Assembly: GCA_022813865.1 (NCBI GenBank)
Contig: JALDZX010000041.1
Span: 1 to 64,000, forward strand
Direction: 5' to 3'
Origin: Xylographa opegraphella
Taxonomy: Eukaryota
Length of the DNA: 64,000 nt
This document shows, piece after piece, positions 22,601 through 34,237 of the stretch (position 1 is its first letter; each line of letters opens with the position of its first letter). A program made the position numbers and the translations under genes. The notes beneath the pieces are model-generated. The model was not told the DNA's origin. It made no database searches and saw only the letters and a list, made by a program, of their open reading frames with translations.

Positions 22601-22679
22601 TGGGAGGAAGTATTCCTTCCGCTATCAGATACGGAAGAGCCGTCGGCTTATGGATACCCAGGGACCTCAGCTCCGCCAT
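16671..22679 (-). CDS. APC1: Anaphase-promoting complex subunit 1 (BimE / negative regulator of mitosis), 2002 aa, intronless
   Basis: C-terminal PC-repeat region: FFHAGVEAGL, HAGFLLALGLNGHL, HTMTSIGLLLGLAASYLGTMD, EGYRLAAGFALG, DYVRPD, YGSHLATHLAIGVLFL, HLQAFRHFWVLA. Confidence 0.96.
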   Translation of the reverse strand: MAELRSLGIHKPTALPYLIAEGILPPNPPESSYSWQTVPQDSGDIGHTGNEDEELLITQYCVAWSRAGVVQRLFNLKIESETVVQALFARFSSTLEKTSRDSVFNDFVPKPASSKDPGNARSAKVKTASAKSESRNTSRQSHNDHLPQSADSDRALVVILKTQAHVFFLRGTSHIVHLPFEVAAAFALPRGVLLQRKTAENFPKHSTPTLPAVPLNSFAFSNLGSSWSVPNSQPLQNLINTGQHSGHSQIFDSSFKQILAMSTRHVDTNLPRLLCLTDPLSEMGLIVESLATSPGRNKRDGFLSMGILSSDEEIQYISSSDELAGDGGRSAGPSPLILALTENSETGLNTLWVVSYLTPNQRRPVKRDQSSTSDEYSRRRSSFGPGIGTGATTSAVRQSVGPLESFLSAEDAVREGDHPRQTEESLASQLDPAFENPGNPAKSSRRVSSLLARSDLSTNRERTAFPDLTANYTTTAGVKRAQSTNYQPVRLSFGKPTERITNYRRSTPGPQTGHDVVHDLGDTSRLLDVEDESNERSDAGIKSTFPSSLAGLRKEMLFTKIHSFPPTAEKSFQRVDVTKSAGRYQVFTLKKPALDSGQSVADLIMCILDKISRHVSTLSLSISSKSRKIKPRASEDGHGIYQVKITDIRRGDGVLGACKVSDGTKSRILFLNETLDGSSELCLQTPWNTPYKVTLPTKLLIHNPYQTDQREEPLSKREGGLKRVLSGGASSLVGIEHNAGRNRVDIKDDKGFRHRIELQMQPANKLVRDLLRVCEYILPCDDRELEPFTRAWWDIISWFRVRSPEIVDTEWTAFVVLLFSIFAALMGDRELQGTPRPKKRKGALLRSSSGASVNMDNWNTMMALEADFSGLPPPWLRSAAWAWTQSTEDHTTSGQDPKSGRGATSQSSNPQGSFQKIVSGKSTFLVDCLGLAGEFIKSSAGLQAVGERGYLSIVQSKSADLRRTALANVLIGLHLFREELKLNLLAASELDSLAPILAQIGGWLNWRSWGWRADAYYVLEMEDINHWIFDEGVILNRHQPRDIMEPPSIMKHLENAALVQDLTEFPTLLDISFQNSASDDVRTAKIALLKGLTPRTMMVMDLFNTKNWPAAQHLAVMAAAGLNIFMLDSFPEGIAASLRASIATCQIDPATTWSTNILSMIDRDDILLLEQPDKIRRKPLKSTASPSHEAVRDVHTICTSTFDTESIGAYDGAAEADRHSVTRMIFKDDQRFAEAFKLLHPLRHPIVHCAPEPDWSDTDLLEAQQELVKVVAVRTLSVSAGRGMLFYNARFPLLTERFPIHGFSLACVMKPSNTTVTADRGAFSEEKVSWSFFHAGVEAGLSISREAQGIDTSWILFNKPVELQNRHAGFLLALGLNGHLRSIAKWVAFKYLTPKHTMTSIGLLLGLAASYLGTMDTLITRLLSVHVTRMLPPGAAELNLSPLTQTTGIMAIGLLYCNTQHRRMSEVMLSEMENIDQDDNISPMENLRDEGYRLAAGFALGYINLGKGTNLKGLHDMRIVERLLALAVGTRRVDIVHILDKATAGAVMAVALIFMKTEDEALARKIDIPDTTHQFDYVRPDIFLLRTVARHLIMWKEISPTYAWIYRQLPLLNQPNFKLNGFRVLRTEDMPLLNIVAGLCFTIGLRFAGTARQDVRNLLGHYLDQFIRICRLPALNYDGKLTRITTRNCQDVVALAAASVMAGTGDLYIFRRLRLLHGRCDPDTSYGSHLATHLAIGVLFLAGGTHSFNTSNIALASLLCAFYPLFPTVVLDNKSHLQAFRHFWVLAAEPRCLTVRDADTHRPISMQVVVTLRSGIAMSATAPCLLPELESIANISTDDPKYWRVTLDFAQNPAHLPAFKHYQSIYVRHRGPYDSHSSVFSATLQALDDLQMAQQANRQVFEWIFDLPSFRGFDRAERTLVLPVEGTMVLYNRTRSTVVDDRLMLEKACLNSGRAERLWNLRVLFAWAEMMKRRGQNLSWLGEERIGRLRAAVWLMGRGMDE

Positions 22680-23588
22680 TGTAATCGCGGTTCCACAGGG
22701 TGTGACAGCCCGTCGAGGGTCAATGTCGAAATCGCGGGCTACCAGGTGTACTCGATGGTATCATAGTACCTTAACCATGATACTGACACGACAAAATCAT
22801 TCTGACTTTCAATGGACCTCTTAGTTTGAGCTCTTGTCATCGCTCAGGTCCTATTTGTCTGAGGCCTGAAGCTGAACCTTGTGAATGACCGAACCCATAC
22901 GCCAGAACTCCTGCCAGAGTTGAAGCGCAAGGACAAGGCGCGCTTCACAGAGTATAGAATAGGTAATTAGAACGAGGAGGCTCGCGAAGCTGCATGTGCG
23001 TGGTGTATCGACTAGCGACTTGCCAAGAGTGGCTTGCTCTCCCCGCCACGTTGTTTCCGCCCCGCCTCGTCCCGCCAGCCAGGCGCCACCCGGACCTGAA
23101 CCCGCATGATGCGATGGACGCCGTCGGCCACAAACACACAGCTTGCACTGCACTCTCTTTCTTCTCACCTTACGAAGTACCCGATTCTTCTTTCGCTGTT
23201 TTGGAAGCTGGTCATCGATCGTTTCTTGCACTCTCATAGACCGATCCGACCACAGCACCAATAACGCAGTGATAGATAGCGATGCCCGGAACTCGTTGAA
23301 ACGCGCAAGCTCATCCTTACCTGTCTGCCGCATCGATTGCACCTCAATACTTTTGCCATCACAAAAGGGCTTGCTGGAGCCATTATTATCAAGCTGTTGT
23401 CGAAGTGCCCATCAAAAGGAACACTGGATCTCGTCTGGATTGGAAGGCAAAGGTCCGCTCGACAGTCCATCGAGTGGCCCAAAGTGACGCCACGGTGGGC
23501 TCACGCATCGCAAAACCACGGCGTGGAAAAGCGCTGATCCGCGTATTGACGAGTCACCTGTTTCCCGGTACCTCGTCGCGTACTCGGA

Positions 23589-24260
23589 ATGCCTACTACA
23601 GAAGTCATCACAGTGCAGCGGCGGAGGAAATATCGCTGGCCTGAAGCGCAGCTGAATTTCTGGCTTCTCATCATATGGGTCGCAGCCGGTTTGAACCTGG
23701 GGGTGTTTGCGAACTTCATTACCATACAAGAGCAGATGAATTTGGGAATACCATGGTTTGTGTTTCCAGCAGAGATCGCTGTTGCCCGCAGGACGATAAC
23801 GCTAACGTGGTCCTGTTGCAGGCTCTTCCCATACATGGTCACCGCATCTGCTCTCGCCATCATCTTTCTCATCATCTTCATGATTTTGATCATGCAACGG
23901 CAGCTTCTGCCCCCCATCGTTATGGTCTTCAGCTTCATTCTCTTCGTGCTCTGGTTAGCAGGTGTCATCGAGACGGCCATTGAGTTTCTCGGACCCAACG
24001 GCGGCGTGAATGGAAACTGCAATCTGTACGTATTGGGACAATCATATTCCGGGGTCAGTATAGATACGTTGGCATACCTGGAGCAAAAAAGCATATGTGA
24101 GTAATGGCCGCCACGAGTCTCCCCTCACCCGACAGTGGTTCTAACGATTACATCAGGTCAAAGCTGGCAAGCTGCGTTTTCCTTCGAGATTGTTGGTTGT
24201 GTTTTCTTTATATGGATGATTGTGATGGCATCGCAGGTCAATAGGGATCAATATGATTGA
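23589..24260 (+). CDS. Small four-TM (MARVEL/tetraspan-like) fungal membrane protein, 3 exons
   Basis: Removing two canonical introns gives four hydrophobic helices with a Cys-containing loop (GNCN...SIC|QSWQAAFSFEIVG), ending ...NRDQYD* at 24260. Confidence 0.78.
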
Positions 24261-24594
24261 CTGGAGAGAGTATGTATAATCTTTGATAGAGATGCTTCGT
24301 TGCACATAGTTCAAATTTCTCGAAACATGGCCTACAGTTCAGCACGCCCCTTCAGGCACGGGCAGAATTCTGTAAATACATATATTCATTTGTTGTTCGG
24401 AATATTGACTTCATCCAAACTCGTTCACATGATGGAGTTCAGCACGATCAGCAGGTTCAAGATTCCTTATAGAGTCTGCATAATTCATGTGATCTGAAGG
24501 TGCTATCTTCTAATCCTCTAAGTCAGAGACTACTCCTTATCATCATCAGATACCACACCGCGGGCCCTCCATCGGGACCTGCAATACTGGCTAT

Positions 24595-25011
24595 CTAGTT
24601 GGAGAATTTGTCGGGCACATCCTTCCTGCAGTAACCATCAGTCCTCAGGCACAAAATGCCTAGGGCCGTCGTTGAAACGACAAGCGGTGGACCTACCCAG
24701 TGGCCTTCTCGAACATGCCTCGGGCCTTGTCAGTTACCTTCTCGTTCATGCCGCGCTCCTTCGCTGGGTCGACCTTGCCTTGACCAAACTTCTTCTCGGC
24801 AGCGTCAACGCCTACATGTCCGACGTTAGTCGAGAACAAAGAGAAACGCCGCTGCAAGACACAATAGTCATGCTGTAACGAGAGAGCAGACGGTAACAGG
24901 TCAATCACAAGCACGACGTGATGGGTGTCCAGCAGAAGGTGCTTGCTTACCCTTGTCAAGGTAGTCCTCCTGACCAGCATTGGTGGGTGTGTTTCCTTGT
25001 GGAGCGTTCAT
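24595..25011 (-). CDS. Small (~68 aa) hydrophilic protein, 3 exons, missed as a single ORF
   Basis: Spliced product MNAPQGNTPTNAGQEDYLDKG-VDAAEKKFGQGKVDPAKERGMNEKVTDKARGMFEKATG-KDVPDKFSN*. Both introns (24812-24950 and one near 24625-24697) have canonical signals and restore the frame. Confidence 0.82.
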
Positions 25012-25681
25012 GATGGCTACGGTACGGCTGATTGTATGGAGTTTTACTGTGAGTTGTTTGAGAGATGGAAAGATGGATGATGTTGTATGGTGTAGATGTG
25101 GGAACGACGCTGCTATTTATTGTGCCTGGACCTTGATATCTGCCCTGCAGCCAAGCCAGCGGCACGTCATCGTATAAGTGCTTGGCGGGCAGCAGGGTTC
25201 GAATGCATGGAAGCATGTGATGCAGATGCCGCCTGTGACGAGGGGCTGATCCACCATGCATGGCTCTGTCCTGTCGAGTTGGTCTCAAAGCAAGTTGTGT
25301 AGCCATGTACTTCGTACGGAGTAGACGTTGTCATGATAGACAGCCACCAAATCTCTCTCAAGTTCAAGGAAGCAGTCACGTTAGCAGAGGCCGCCCTACG
25401 AGGCTGAATCTATAGGGTTCTGTGTGATAAGATAACCAAAGTAGATTCATCTTCACGATTGGCTTCAACTGTGAATCAAGTCCTCTTTCTAGCTTTCCGT
25501 CCCTTCGTAATGTTTTATGATAGTAGCTGCTCTGTAGACCTCATCGTATAGCTTCAAAGGTTTTCAAACTCTTCCTCCGCTGTAAACCATATGTACCAAA
25601 CCAATCGACGCTTTCCCTTCTACCTCCACCCCCACATCCACCTCCGCTCTCATCGCCCATTCACCTCCCAACTATGCCACC

Positions 25682-26712
25682 ATGCGCCCACTCCTCTCTA
25701 CCGTCACTCTCTCCCGCCTCCGTGCCACCCAGATCCGCCACAGCAGCAGCCCTTCCGGCCCCCTGATCCACATTGACAACATCCCAGCCCAGCACTGCGG
25801 CTTCATCCGCATCCTCTCCCTGAACAGCCCGCGGAACCGCAACGCGATCTCCCGCGCCCTTCTCAGCGACCTATCGCGGCACATCACGGACATCCACAAG
25901 GAAGGCCCGCAGGGGCCGACGCGAGCGCTGATCATCGCGAGTCATGTCGACGAGGCGTTCTGCGCGGGGGCGGACCTGAAAGAGCGGAGGGGCTTTACGA
26001 AGGAGGAGTAGGTGCTCCTGCTCGATACTGTTGATGGGAATTGGGCGGCATCGGGGCCCTTCGTCTATCGGCGATCGATGACGATTACTCTTCATCTCCG
26101 GCGGAGCAATTCCGCCCTGCGCCGTCCACTCTGTTGACTCTCTCGTCTAGAACAGCCTCCTTCCTCACCACGCTCCGCTTCACCCTGACCTCCATCACCA
26201 CCCTGCCCATCCCAACCATCACCGCTCTCGCCTCCATCGCCCTCGGCGGCGGCCTCGAACTCGCACTAGCGACCAACATCCGCGTCTTCGCCTCCAGCGC
26301 CGTCGTCGCCCTTCCCGAGACGCGACTCGCGATCATCCCCGGTGCGGGGGGGACCTACCGCCTGCCGGCTCTGATCGGGCCTTCCCGCGCCCTGGATATG
26401 CTTCTGACCGGCCGTCGGGTCAAGGGAACGGAGGCGTACATTTGGGGTCTGTGCGAACGCTTGGTGGAAGTGAACGACGTGGAGTCCTTGCAGATGGGGG
26501 TGGCGAGGGACAGGACACTACAGGAAGCGATGGAGGTCGCGAAGGCGATCTGCGGGGGAGGGCCGGCGGCCGTGAAGGCCCTTCTCAGGGCGGTCGGGCG
26601 AGGAGAAGAGGTGGAGAATGCGGAGTATGAGACCGTGGTGGGGACTCGGGATCGAGATGAGGCGCTCCGTGCATTTGCAGAGAAGCGGAGGCCTGTGTTT
26701 AAGGGGTCATAG
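25682..26712 (+). CDS. Mitochondrial enoyl-CoA hydratase/isomerase (methylglutaconyl-CoA hydratase, AUH-like), 2 exons
   Basis: Crotonase motifs LNSPRNRNAIS, AFCAGADLKER, ALGGGLELAL, LPETRLAIIPGAGGTYRLPALIG, and EALRAFAEKRRPVFKG. Presequence-like N-terminus. Confidence 0.92.
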
Positions 26713-27085
26713 GGCGAGAGCTGGTCGGTGTCCCTCGGCGTGGTTGGGTGCGGAAGTCATGGATAAGAACGCTTGATGAGATGTACAGGTCCTGAAATCC
26801 AACCTCGATTTTCCAGAGGAGCAGGTTTCTCGCCGCATGGGCATGTGCGAGCTATTCCTACTACTAAGGTGCAGTCATGTTAAACTTCGCCGGTGATGGA
26901 AGGTGCTTTAAAGGCATAAGTCCTGCATGTGGTCTGGAATGTGATATATATCTAATCTGTAAAGAAAGACATCTGCTATGACAGAGGATCCACCTTGCAA
27001 TACTTCACAACGGAAGGACGCCGAACACGGAGCCTGCTGCGCATACTCCGGGCAACGCCACGCTCGAAGGAATGGTAGCCATCTC

Positions 27086-28386
27086 TCAGAGCGCTTTCAA
27101 AGAATCGACCGCGGCGTACAGTTCGCTCGGATCCTCGAACAACCGCCATATACCTTTCGGAACATGCTGAAACGCTTTCTCGAACCTAGCTGGCATATTC
27201 TTGTCTGTCTTTTCCATCTCTGCCACACCGACCACCTTTCGGATAAAAATAGCTTTCACCCATCCAGGATATTTCCTGTACATGGCGCCATATGCCTCGG
27301 GATCCGACTGAGTACTGTCTCCGACGCAAAGAATCTTGCGCTTAGGAAGCCAATCGTGGATTTTATCCATGCGACTGGCCTTGTACTCCTCTGTTCCTTG
27401 GGTCAAGCTTTGAAGAAAGCCACCGAGGTTCATCCAAGAAGCATCACGAAGGATGATTGTACCCTTTGGATAGTATTGGTGCAGAAAGGGACGTAGAAAT
27501 GTGTAGAGATTGTAAGGGGACGCCGAAAGATAGAACCACGAGGGGGACAAGTGGCTGTTTATGTGCTCGTACAGCTCGGGCATACCGGCAACGGGGGTAG
27601 GGGTGGAAACAAAGGTGCTGCGGATAATACCGATTGGGGACATGGTCATAGTAATCTTGATCGAGTCATCGATATCTAGGCAGATTAAAAGAACACTTGG
27701 TAGGTGAAGCCGTGTCGCAGCTTACCTGAAACGACTGTCCAGCCCCGAGGTTCTGCGAAGTGCATGAGCATCGACCCGTGAGGAGCGATATCTGGAGGGA
27801 TCGCGGTAATCTGTAATGTCGCTCCATCCTTATGATCGCCCGTTGTACCCACAATGTCACTGCTGATGGCATTTCTTCCGCCGGGTCCCAACTTTTGTGT
27901 GTCACCATCAGGAAACCGCACATTCACAAAACGCGCGGGCTGAATCGTGTTCACGAATGGAATGAGCCTTTCCGCGATCGTGGCCTCTGTCTCTGCCCGG
28001 TTCTCGCCCTGCTTACCCAGAGCGAGAGTATCTGCAATCCCAGCAACCCAGCCACTGACGTTCTTACCACTATCTCTTGTAAAATAGGCCACGACGAACT
28101 CCGCCTCCCACGGTGGGCGCTCTTCAGAAGTACCTGAGACGGTTCGATATGCAGTGTTGTCGAGCAACCAGACCACCTCCTTTTTGGGGTCAACCTCCTG
28201 TGCCAGAACATTCTTATGTCCAAAGAAGGAAGTAACGTTGTCGAGAAACGGGATGTCAAAGCGTGAGCCGATGTGCTTAGGGAGGGAGCCTTCGACATCT
28301 GGGAAGCCTGCCGCGGTCCGAGCTTCACGTTCGCTTTCTGTCTCGTGAAACTGCCTCTGAACGATGTTTGGTAGATTGGCCGCCAT
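27086..28386 (-). CDS. App1-type phosphatidate phosphatase catalytic-domain protein, 2 exons
   Basis: VWLLDNTAY, spliced catalytic motif WTVVS|DIDDSIKIT, GMPELY, FYLSASPYNLY, and CVGDSTQSDPEAYG. Confidence 0.88.
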
Positions 28387-28866
28387 GTTGAAATGCCACA
28401 GCTACTACCGGCGATGGGAGGTAAATCAAATCTGGCGGACCAATATGTACAGAAGCCCAGGCGATGCCCGGGTCCGGGTGATTTGCTGTCACGACCTGGC
28501 TGTGCATGATCTCTCTACTAAGGTACTTTAGTACTAACATGGATGCAGGGGCAACAGGAGACAGGGCGGGAAGGTCATTTCCTTCCTTCGTAAGATTTTA
28601 GGGGCGTGCACCGGGGGAGCATTTGCCGCCTCTGCCCTGAAGGCCAAGCGCGGCGATAGCGTGTCAGCGGGTCCGACAAACGTGCGGGAAACGCGGTTAG
28701 TCGAGAGGCGCCTCGACCCTCGACCCTTGAGGCACTAACCTTCACCACCGTACCAACCTTGATGCCTCATCGTCATGGAGAGTTACAGAACCACCTGAAG
28801 CACAAAAGATGCACGACAATGCACACGCGTTGATTCTTGTTGCACAATGTGTTCGGTATTGGCTGT

Positions 28867-30117
28867 TCACTGTTTCCTTGGTGCTCCGACCACGCTCCGT
28901 GAGAATACCGCCTTCACAACGCCATCTCCCCCACCCCTTGACCGCTGCTTCTCATGTATGCCCGTACGATCGGTCACAGGGGTTGCATTAATGATGTTGT
29001 CAAATGCGGTCTCATCCTCACCTCCGAGATCAGACCCAGACTCGGCATCTGACTCAACCGGCAACGGGACTGGCCTCGAAATCCTTTCCGGTGGCGGCTT
29101 CTCATCTTCTCGCCGTGGATTCGCGAACGGTCGGGATTTGAGTACTCTTCTCCGCAACTCTGCCATCTCTTCCTCATCGTCTGTCTCTTCCAGGTCTTGT
29201 AAGAGCTCCTTGTTCACACCCACGCCACCGTCCAGATCCTCGTCTGCGTCACTTTCCTTCGCCTCATCCAAGTCGCTATCGTCCTCGTCAGAGTCGTCAG
29301 AGTCGACCATCGGCCGCCTGTTTAGGTTTCCACCTTTCCACACATCCTCCTTTCCAGAACCTTCTGCCTCTGCCCTGCTATCATTGTACTCCCGCTCAAT
29401 TTTTGCCAGCCAGACCTCTTCCGCTCTTTTCACCTCCTCCTCGTTCGTGCACGCGGCGTATCTCTTCAAGATCTGCGAATTTATCTCCAAAAAGGTTTCA
29501 CCATACGAAAAGTGTGAGACGACTTCATGGGCCCAGTCCTCGTGACCGCAGATGTAGAATGTAGCTGCTAATGCCTCGACACAGTTCAGTCGCCAGGGAC
29601 GACCATAATTCACCGAATTTGCGGCGACAAGGTAAGGCACTAGCTCATTAGTCATTCGGTTGGCGGGTTTTGCGGTCGGTTACTACTCACACAGTCTTTC
29701 ACATTTGCCTCCTATCTTTGCCCATGGGACTTCTTTTATCCTTACCCATGAGCATTCCACCACTGCAGCGCCATATTGGTCCAACAATTCTCTGTCTAAC
29801 GGGGAGATCATCACTTTGGCATTTGGTCTAAGAACAGACTATTAGCTACACTGCATTTATAGGATCCGAACGGCATACGAAATGACCACACCAGAGAACT
29901 TCTGTCCTATAGACAGCTCCCGCATCTGTCCAAAGTGCATAAGCCTCTTGCCAGAGCATCGTTTCGGGTCGCAATGCTCCAGATCCCAGCACGCTGCCTT
30001 GAAGGAGGGTCTCTTATATGTTGATTCGCCATCCTCGTTATGGGGCGAAGGTCGATGATGGGGCGCATTCGAGTACTTCTTACCCTTGGAAAAGCCATCT
30101 TTCTTGTGGCGTACCAT
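28867..30117 (-). CDS. TSR3: 18S rRNA aminocarboxypropyltransferase Tsr3, 3 exons
   Basis: WDLEHCDPKRCSGKRL, GAAVVECSW, PYLVAANSVNYGRPWRLNCVEALAA, FSYGETFLEIN, and an acidic C-terminal tail. Confidence 0.95.
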
Positions 30118-30482
30118 TTTATTGAGGAAACTCGTTCGTGATGACCAGGCTGGATTTCTTCTAGTCAAAAAACCAAGTACCAAGGTGAACGAAACTATAA
30201 TAGCTATAGTAGGTAGATAATGACCAAATAGATCGCGAGCATGATGACATGGGCCCTCGGCTGCCCCTCGGTTCGCCTGCGGCCCGCCCGCCAGTCCAAC
30301 ATCAGCCCTTTTGCCGAGAGCTCACGCATAGGTGTATCTAAACTGCCTGTATAGTCCGACTGTAACCTGCACAGATTTCGGGCTTTGCTCAAACCCGTCG
30401 AATGAAGCGCCAGTTATCTTGGCTTACGAGGAGCTTTCAGTAACACCGCTTCAGAGCGGAAAATCTGGTGTAGTGGAAGAAA

Positions 30483-32879
30483 ATGGAAGCCGCCTCAGCG
30501 CGGTATGCTGCGAGAGACCGCTTTGGGTCTTTCAGCGAGCCGGCGCAAAGTCCATTGCAACGATACATCCGTAGGTTCCGCGATTTGGAAACTCCAAGCC
30601 TGTCTCATCTGACTCATGATAGAGAATGCCGTGGATCCACAAAATTTCGAGCCTAATCTTGCCCTCTGCCTTGAGATAGCGGATCTGATCAACTCAAAAA
30701 AAGGCAATGCGTATGTCATGTCTCAGCTTCGCAGACTATTCATTGACGAGCCCGCTCAGTCCCCGAGAAGCAGCCGTAGCCATAGTCGGCTACATCAACC
30801 ACCGAAATCCGAACGTTTCACTCCTTGCGCTTACGGTAGGCAGGAACGAGCACTCGATAAGCCAGTGATTGAAGCTGATTCAAATGTAGCTTCTTGATAT
30901 ATGTGTCAAGAACTGTGGCTATCCCTTCCATCTTCAAGTCAGTACAAAGGAGTTCCTCAATGAACTCGTGAGGAGGTTTCCTGAACGGCCACCTTTACGG
31001 CCAACGAGGGTGCAGTTGAAGGTTTTAGAAGCTATCGAAGAATGGCGGCAGACAATATGTCAGACCTCACGCTACAAGGAGGACTTGGGTTTCATAAGAG
31101 ATATGCACCGACTATTGAGTTATAAAGGGTACATGTTTCCTGAAGTTAGACGTGAGGATGCCGCCGTCCTGAATCCAAGCGATGTAAGATTCATATTGGC
31201 CCAGTTCGACTGAGCCCATCGACCCTAACGTGGGACAGAACCTCAAGTCAGCAGAGGAGATGGAAGAAGAAGAACGGGCCGCACAGTCAGCTAAGCTGCA
31301 AGAATTGATCCGTCGAGGTGGTCCAGAGGACCTTCAGGAGGCAAATCGACTGATGAAGGTAATGGCGGGATACGACACAAGGCATAAAACGGACTATCGA
31401 GCTAAAGCCGCGGAAGAAGTGAGCAAAATTCAGCAAAAAGCGAAACTACTTGAGGAGCGGCTACAAAACTTCAAGGCTGGTGATTCTATTTCAGATGGAG
31501 ATGTCTATGAAGTATGTTGCGTTATTGCGTAAATGTGAAGCTGGTGACGTACTTATGTATACAATAGGAACTTGCCAATTCGTTACAGAGTGCGCAGCCC
31601 AAAATACAAAAAATGTGCGAAGAAGAGTCTGATGATCAGGAAGCCGTGGCAAAGTTGTTTGAGATCAATGATAGTATCCATCGTACCATCGAGAGGTACA
31701 AGCTCATTAAGAAAGGTGATCTTGAAGCCGCGTCAAAGATCCCGAAAGGAACCCTGGGGACCTCTACCGGAGTAGTAAAGAACGCTGACAACGAGCTCTC
31801 GCTTATCGATTTCGGTGGAGAGTCGGAACAAAGTACAAATGGTGGCCCTAGCACGAAGCAAGTTGGCAAATCTCTGGAAGATGACCTACTTGGTCTGTCA
31901 TTCCAAGACCAAAGCTATGGGCAAGGAGGAGGTATTGCTCTGGGTTTTGGAGCCAACACAAGTGAATAACTGAGTTTTTCAGAATTATACTCAAAATGCT
32001 AATGACCACTGTAGACATTCCTGGTCCTTCGTTGCTGTCATCAACTATGGAACAAAGTTCAGCCAAAACTCCAGCCGCAAGCAGACAAAATCAACCACAA
32101 CAACCAATACCTCTGAAGCCTAACTACGATGCATTCGCTTCTCTTGGTACTTCTCGGCCGTCTTCTCAGTCAACAACTCCTGTGCCCTCTTTAGTTCAAC
32201 AGCAAAGACATGTACCTGCTCCTTCCTCACTTCCGGATCCCTTTGCAGCTTTATCATCGTCGTCGAATATACCGCGGCAGAGTTCTCCATTCATACAAGC
32301 CCAACATAACCAAGCTCCATCCACGTCTATGTTTGATTTTGCGTCTTCAAAATCACAGAATGCCAATGCGGCTACTAACTCCATACCTGCTACTCAGAAC
32401 ACTAATGGTGCTTCGGCAGACGACGACTGGAACTTCAGTTCGGCCTTACCTGAGGACAGCTTACCTACTTCTACAAGTCTGGTTGTTTCTTCCAAAGAGG
32501 TGGAAATAATATTCGATGTGTCGAGACGGAAGACAGATGATTCTATAATTGACATTCTCGCAACATTCTCAAATAAATCAGCAAATCCTATCACAGAATA
32601 TACGTTTCAGGTGGCCGTGACTAAGGTAAGCAACGGAAGTGATCAATTTGCGGACTGTATCACTGATGCCTCAAATAGGCGTACTCTCTGAAGCTTACAC
32701 CACAGTCTGGCCGTAAGTTACAGCCTCTTCAGAAGAACGGGATTACTCAGCCAATAGAAGTGCACGGGGTAGCAAAGGGGCAGTCTAGTAATGTTAAAAT
32801 ACGGTGGAAAGCTTCTTACAAGGCAGCAGGTGATCTACGGCAGGAGCAAGGAGAAGTCCCACCATTATTGATAGCATGA
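30483..32879 (+). CDS. GGA2: GGA clathrin adaptor (VHS-GAT-GAE domains), multi-exon
   Basis: VHS: NFEPNLALCLEIADLINSKKG, CVKNCGYPFHLQVSTKEFLNELVRRFPERPP. GAT: AKLQELIRRG.PEDLQEANRLMK, INDSIHRTI. GAE ear ending EQGEVPPLLIA*. Confidence 0.93.
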
Positions 32880-33256
32880 TCTCCAATAGAACAAGCCACA
32901 AAGTTTTGAAGACCTGCGCAGTGCGCTCTTGTCCCATGCCTCTAGTAGTAGTAGTATGAAAGCAACCACGAAAGACGAAGGCGACACGCACCGATACATG
33001 CAGATAAGTAACAGTCAACAATCAGAATGATAAACTTGGCCCACGCAAGCACCGCAGCACTTGCGAACATTGCCAAAACAAATCGACACCAACCACAAAA
33101 TCACCTCGCTATCCCCCTTCAAGGAGAGGCCACCCGGCACTCACACGACAGACGACGGGCACAGGAGGCAGAAGTTTCGGGAGCGCGAGCTCCACCACCA
33201 TTCCAGCTAGACAGCTGCCACAAGTCAGTCTACGCCCTCAGTTCCTCTCTCCCCAA

Positions 33257-34237
33257 TCACTCACCTGGCCACACCATCCGTGGCGGTGGCAAGGCCGGCA
33301 CATCTACCCCCCCAGCCCGGACTCCTCCTCTCCTCACCCCCCCCGCGCGAACCCAATTCCTTTCGGCACGGTTTCTCGGCACCGGCGAGCCGCGATCTCG
33401 CATCTCGGCTTCTTCCGCCCCCTCCTCCATGTTTCGGGCCCTCACGCACAGTCTGCGGAGCTCGGCGCTTCCGGCGGCTCGCTCGGATGCTGTGCTCCCG
33501 GCCGTGGCTGCGGTGGTGTTGATGGTGGCTGGGCTCTGGGCGCGGGGTGGGGTTAGGGTGGCGGGGCCTGGGGAGGACGCGAGAGAGACAGGAGCGGACG
33601 GAGGACTGGGAGGGCCGCGAGCGGCGAATGCAGTGGTGGTGGTGGTGGCGGCGGCAATGAGAGGGTGGTAGGAGGGGGGCCCAGAGTTGGAGAGCGGGCG
33701 TAGGGGGATGCCGTAGACTAGCATATGGTAGTCGTTCTCGGCGGGATCTGGCACAGAAGAAGAGGCGATGGGAGAGGGCGAGGGCGAGGGCGAGAGTGAG
33801 ATGGCATAGGTGGGGGCTGGCGCGGGAGACAGAGCGGTCGGAGGTGGCGGTGTCTGGTAATGCTGTGGGCGGCGGTGGTGGAGGGAGGAGGGAGCATCGC
33901 GGTTCCAGAAGGAACCACGGAAGACGGTAACGGCATCTGCAGCGGGAAGGTGGGAGAGAGCCATAGGAGCGGGGGGTGAGGGCGCTTCCGGGACAGCACC
34001 AAACAAGTCCTCCACGATTGCCAGGCAATCACGAGCGATGTCTTGACTCTCCTCTTCCAGGAGGTACCGCCGTGGAGCAAGGAACAGAGCGAGAGTGTCC
34101 CGTTGCTCCACGGCGGTAATGACCTCCTGTTGGAGGAGAGTCACTTCCTCTACCCGTGATGCCAGCGCCTCCTGCAGGTCGGCGATGATTCTTGACAGAG
34201 TAGCCATCTGGTCGTGAGGGAGAGACAGGGAGGACAT
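33257..34237 (-). CDS. GC-rich orphan protein: N-terminal coiled coil, Pro/Ser/Ala-rich middle, RAGG/RGG-containing C-terminus
   Basis: Long ORF with a good start context (CCTACCACC-ATG) after a C/A-rich leader. A canonical GTGAGT..CTGAC..CAG intron-like element sits at the 3' end, so the true end may lie slightly further downstream. No family recognised. Confidence 0.55.
   Translation of the reverse strand: MSSLSLPHDQMATLSRIIADLQEALASRVEEVTLLQQEVITAVEQRDTLALFLAPRRYLLEEESQDIARDCLAIVEDLFGAVPEAPSPPAPMALSHLPAADAVTVFRGSFWNRDAPSSLHHRRPQHYQTPPPPTALSPAPAPTYAISLSPSPSPSPIASSSVPDPAENDYHMLVYGIPLRPLSNSGPPSYHPLIAAATTTTTAFAARGPPSPPSAPVSLASSPGPATLTPPRAQSPATINTTAATAGSTASERAAGSAELRRLCVRARNMEEGAEEAEMRDRGSPVPRNRAERNWVRAGGVRRGGVRAGGVDVPALPPPRMVWPGE

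Noticed and set aside
22851..23537. Several 60-160 aa ORFs between APC1 and the four-TM gene
   Set aside because: No motifs or coherent splice structure; better explained as promoter and 5' UTR.
28847..29545. 232-aa Ser-rich plus-strand ORF
   Set aside because: It mirrors the acidic Tsr3 tail on the opposite strand.
33027..34028. Overlapping ORFs of 214 aa (+) and 255 aa (-)
   Set aside because: Stop-poor alternative frames are expected in this very GC-rich segment.
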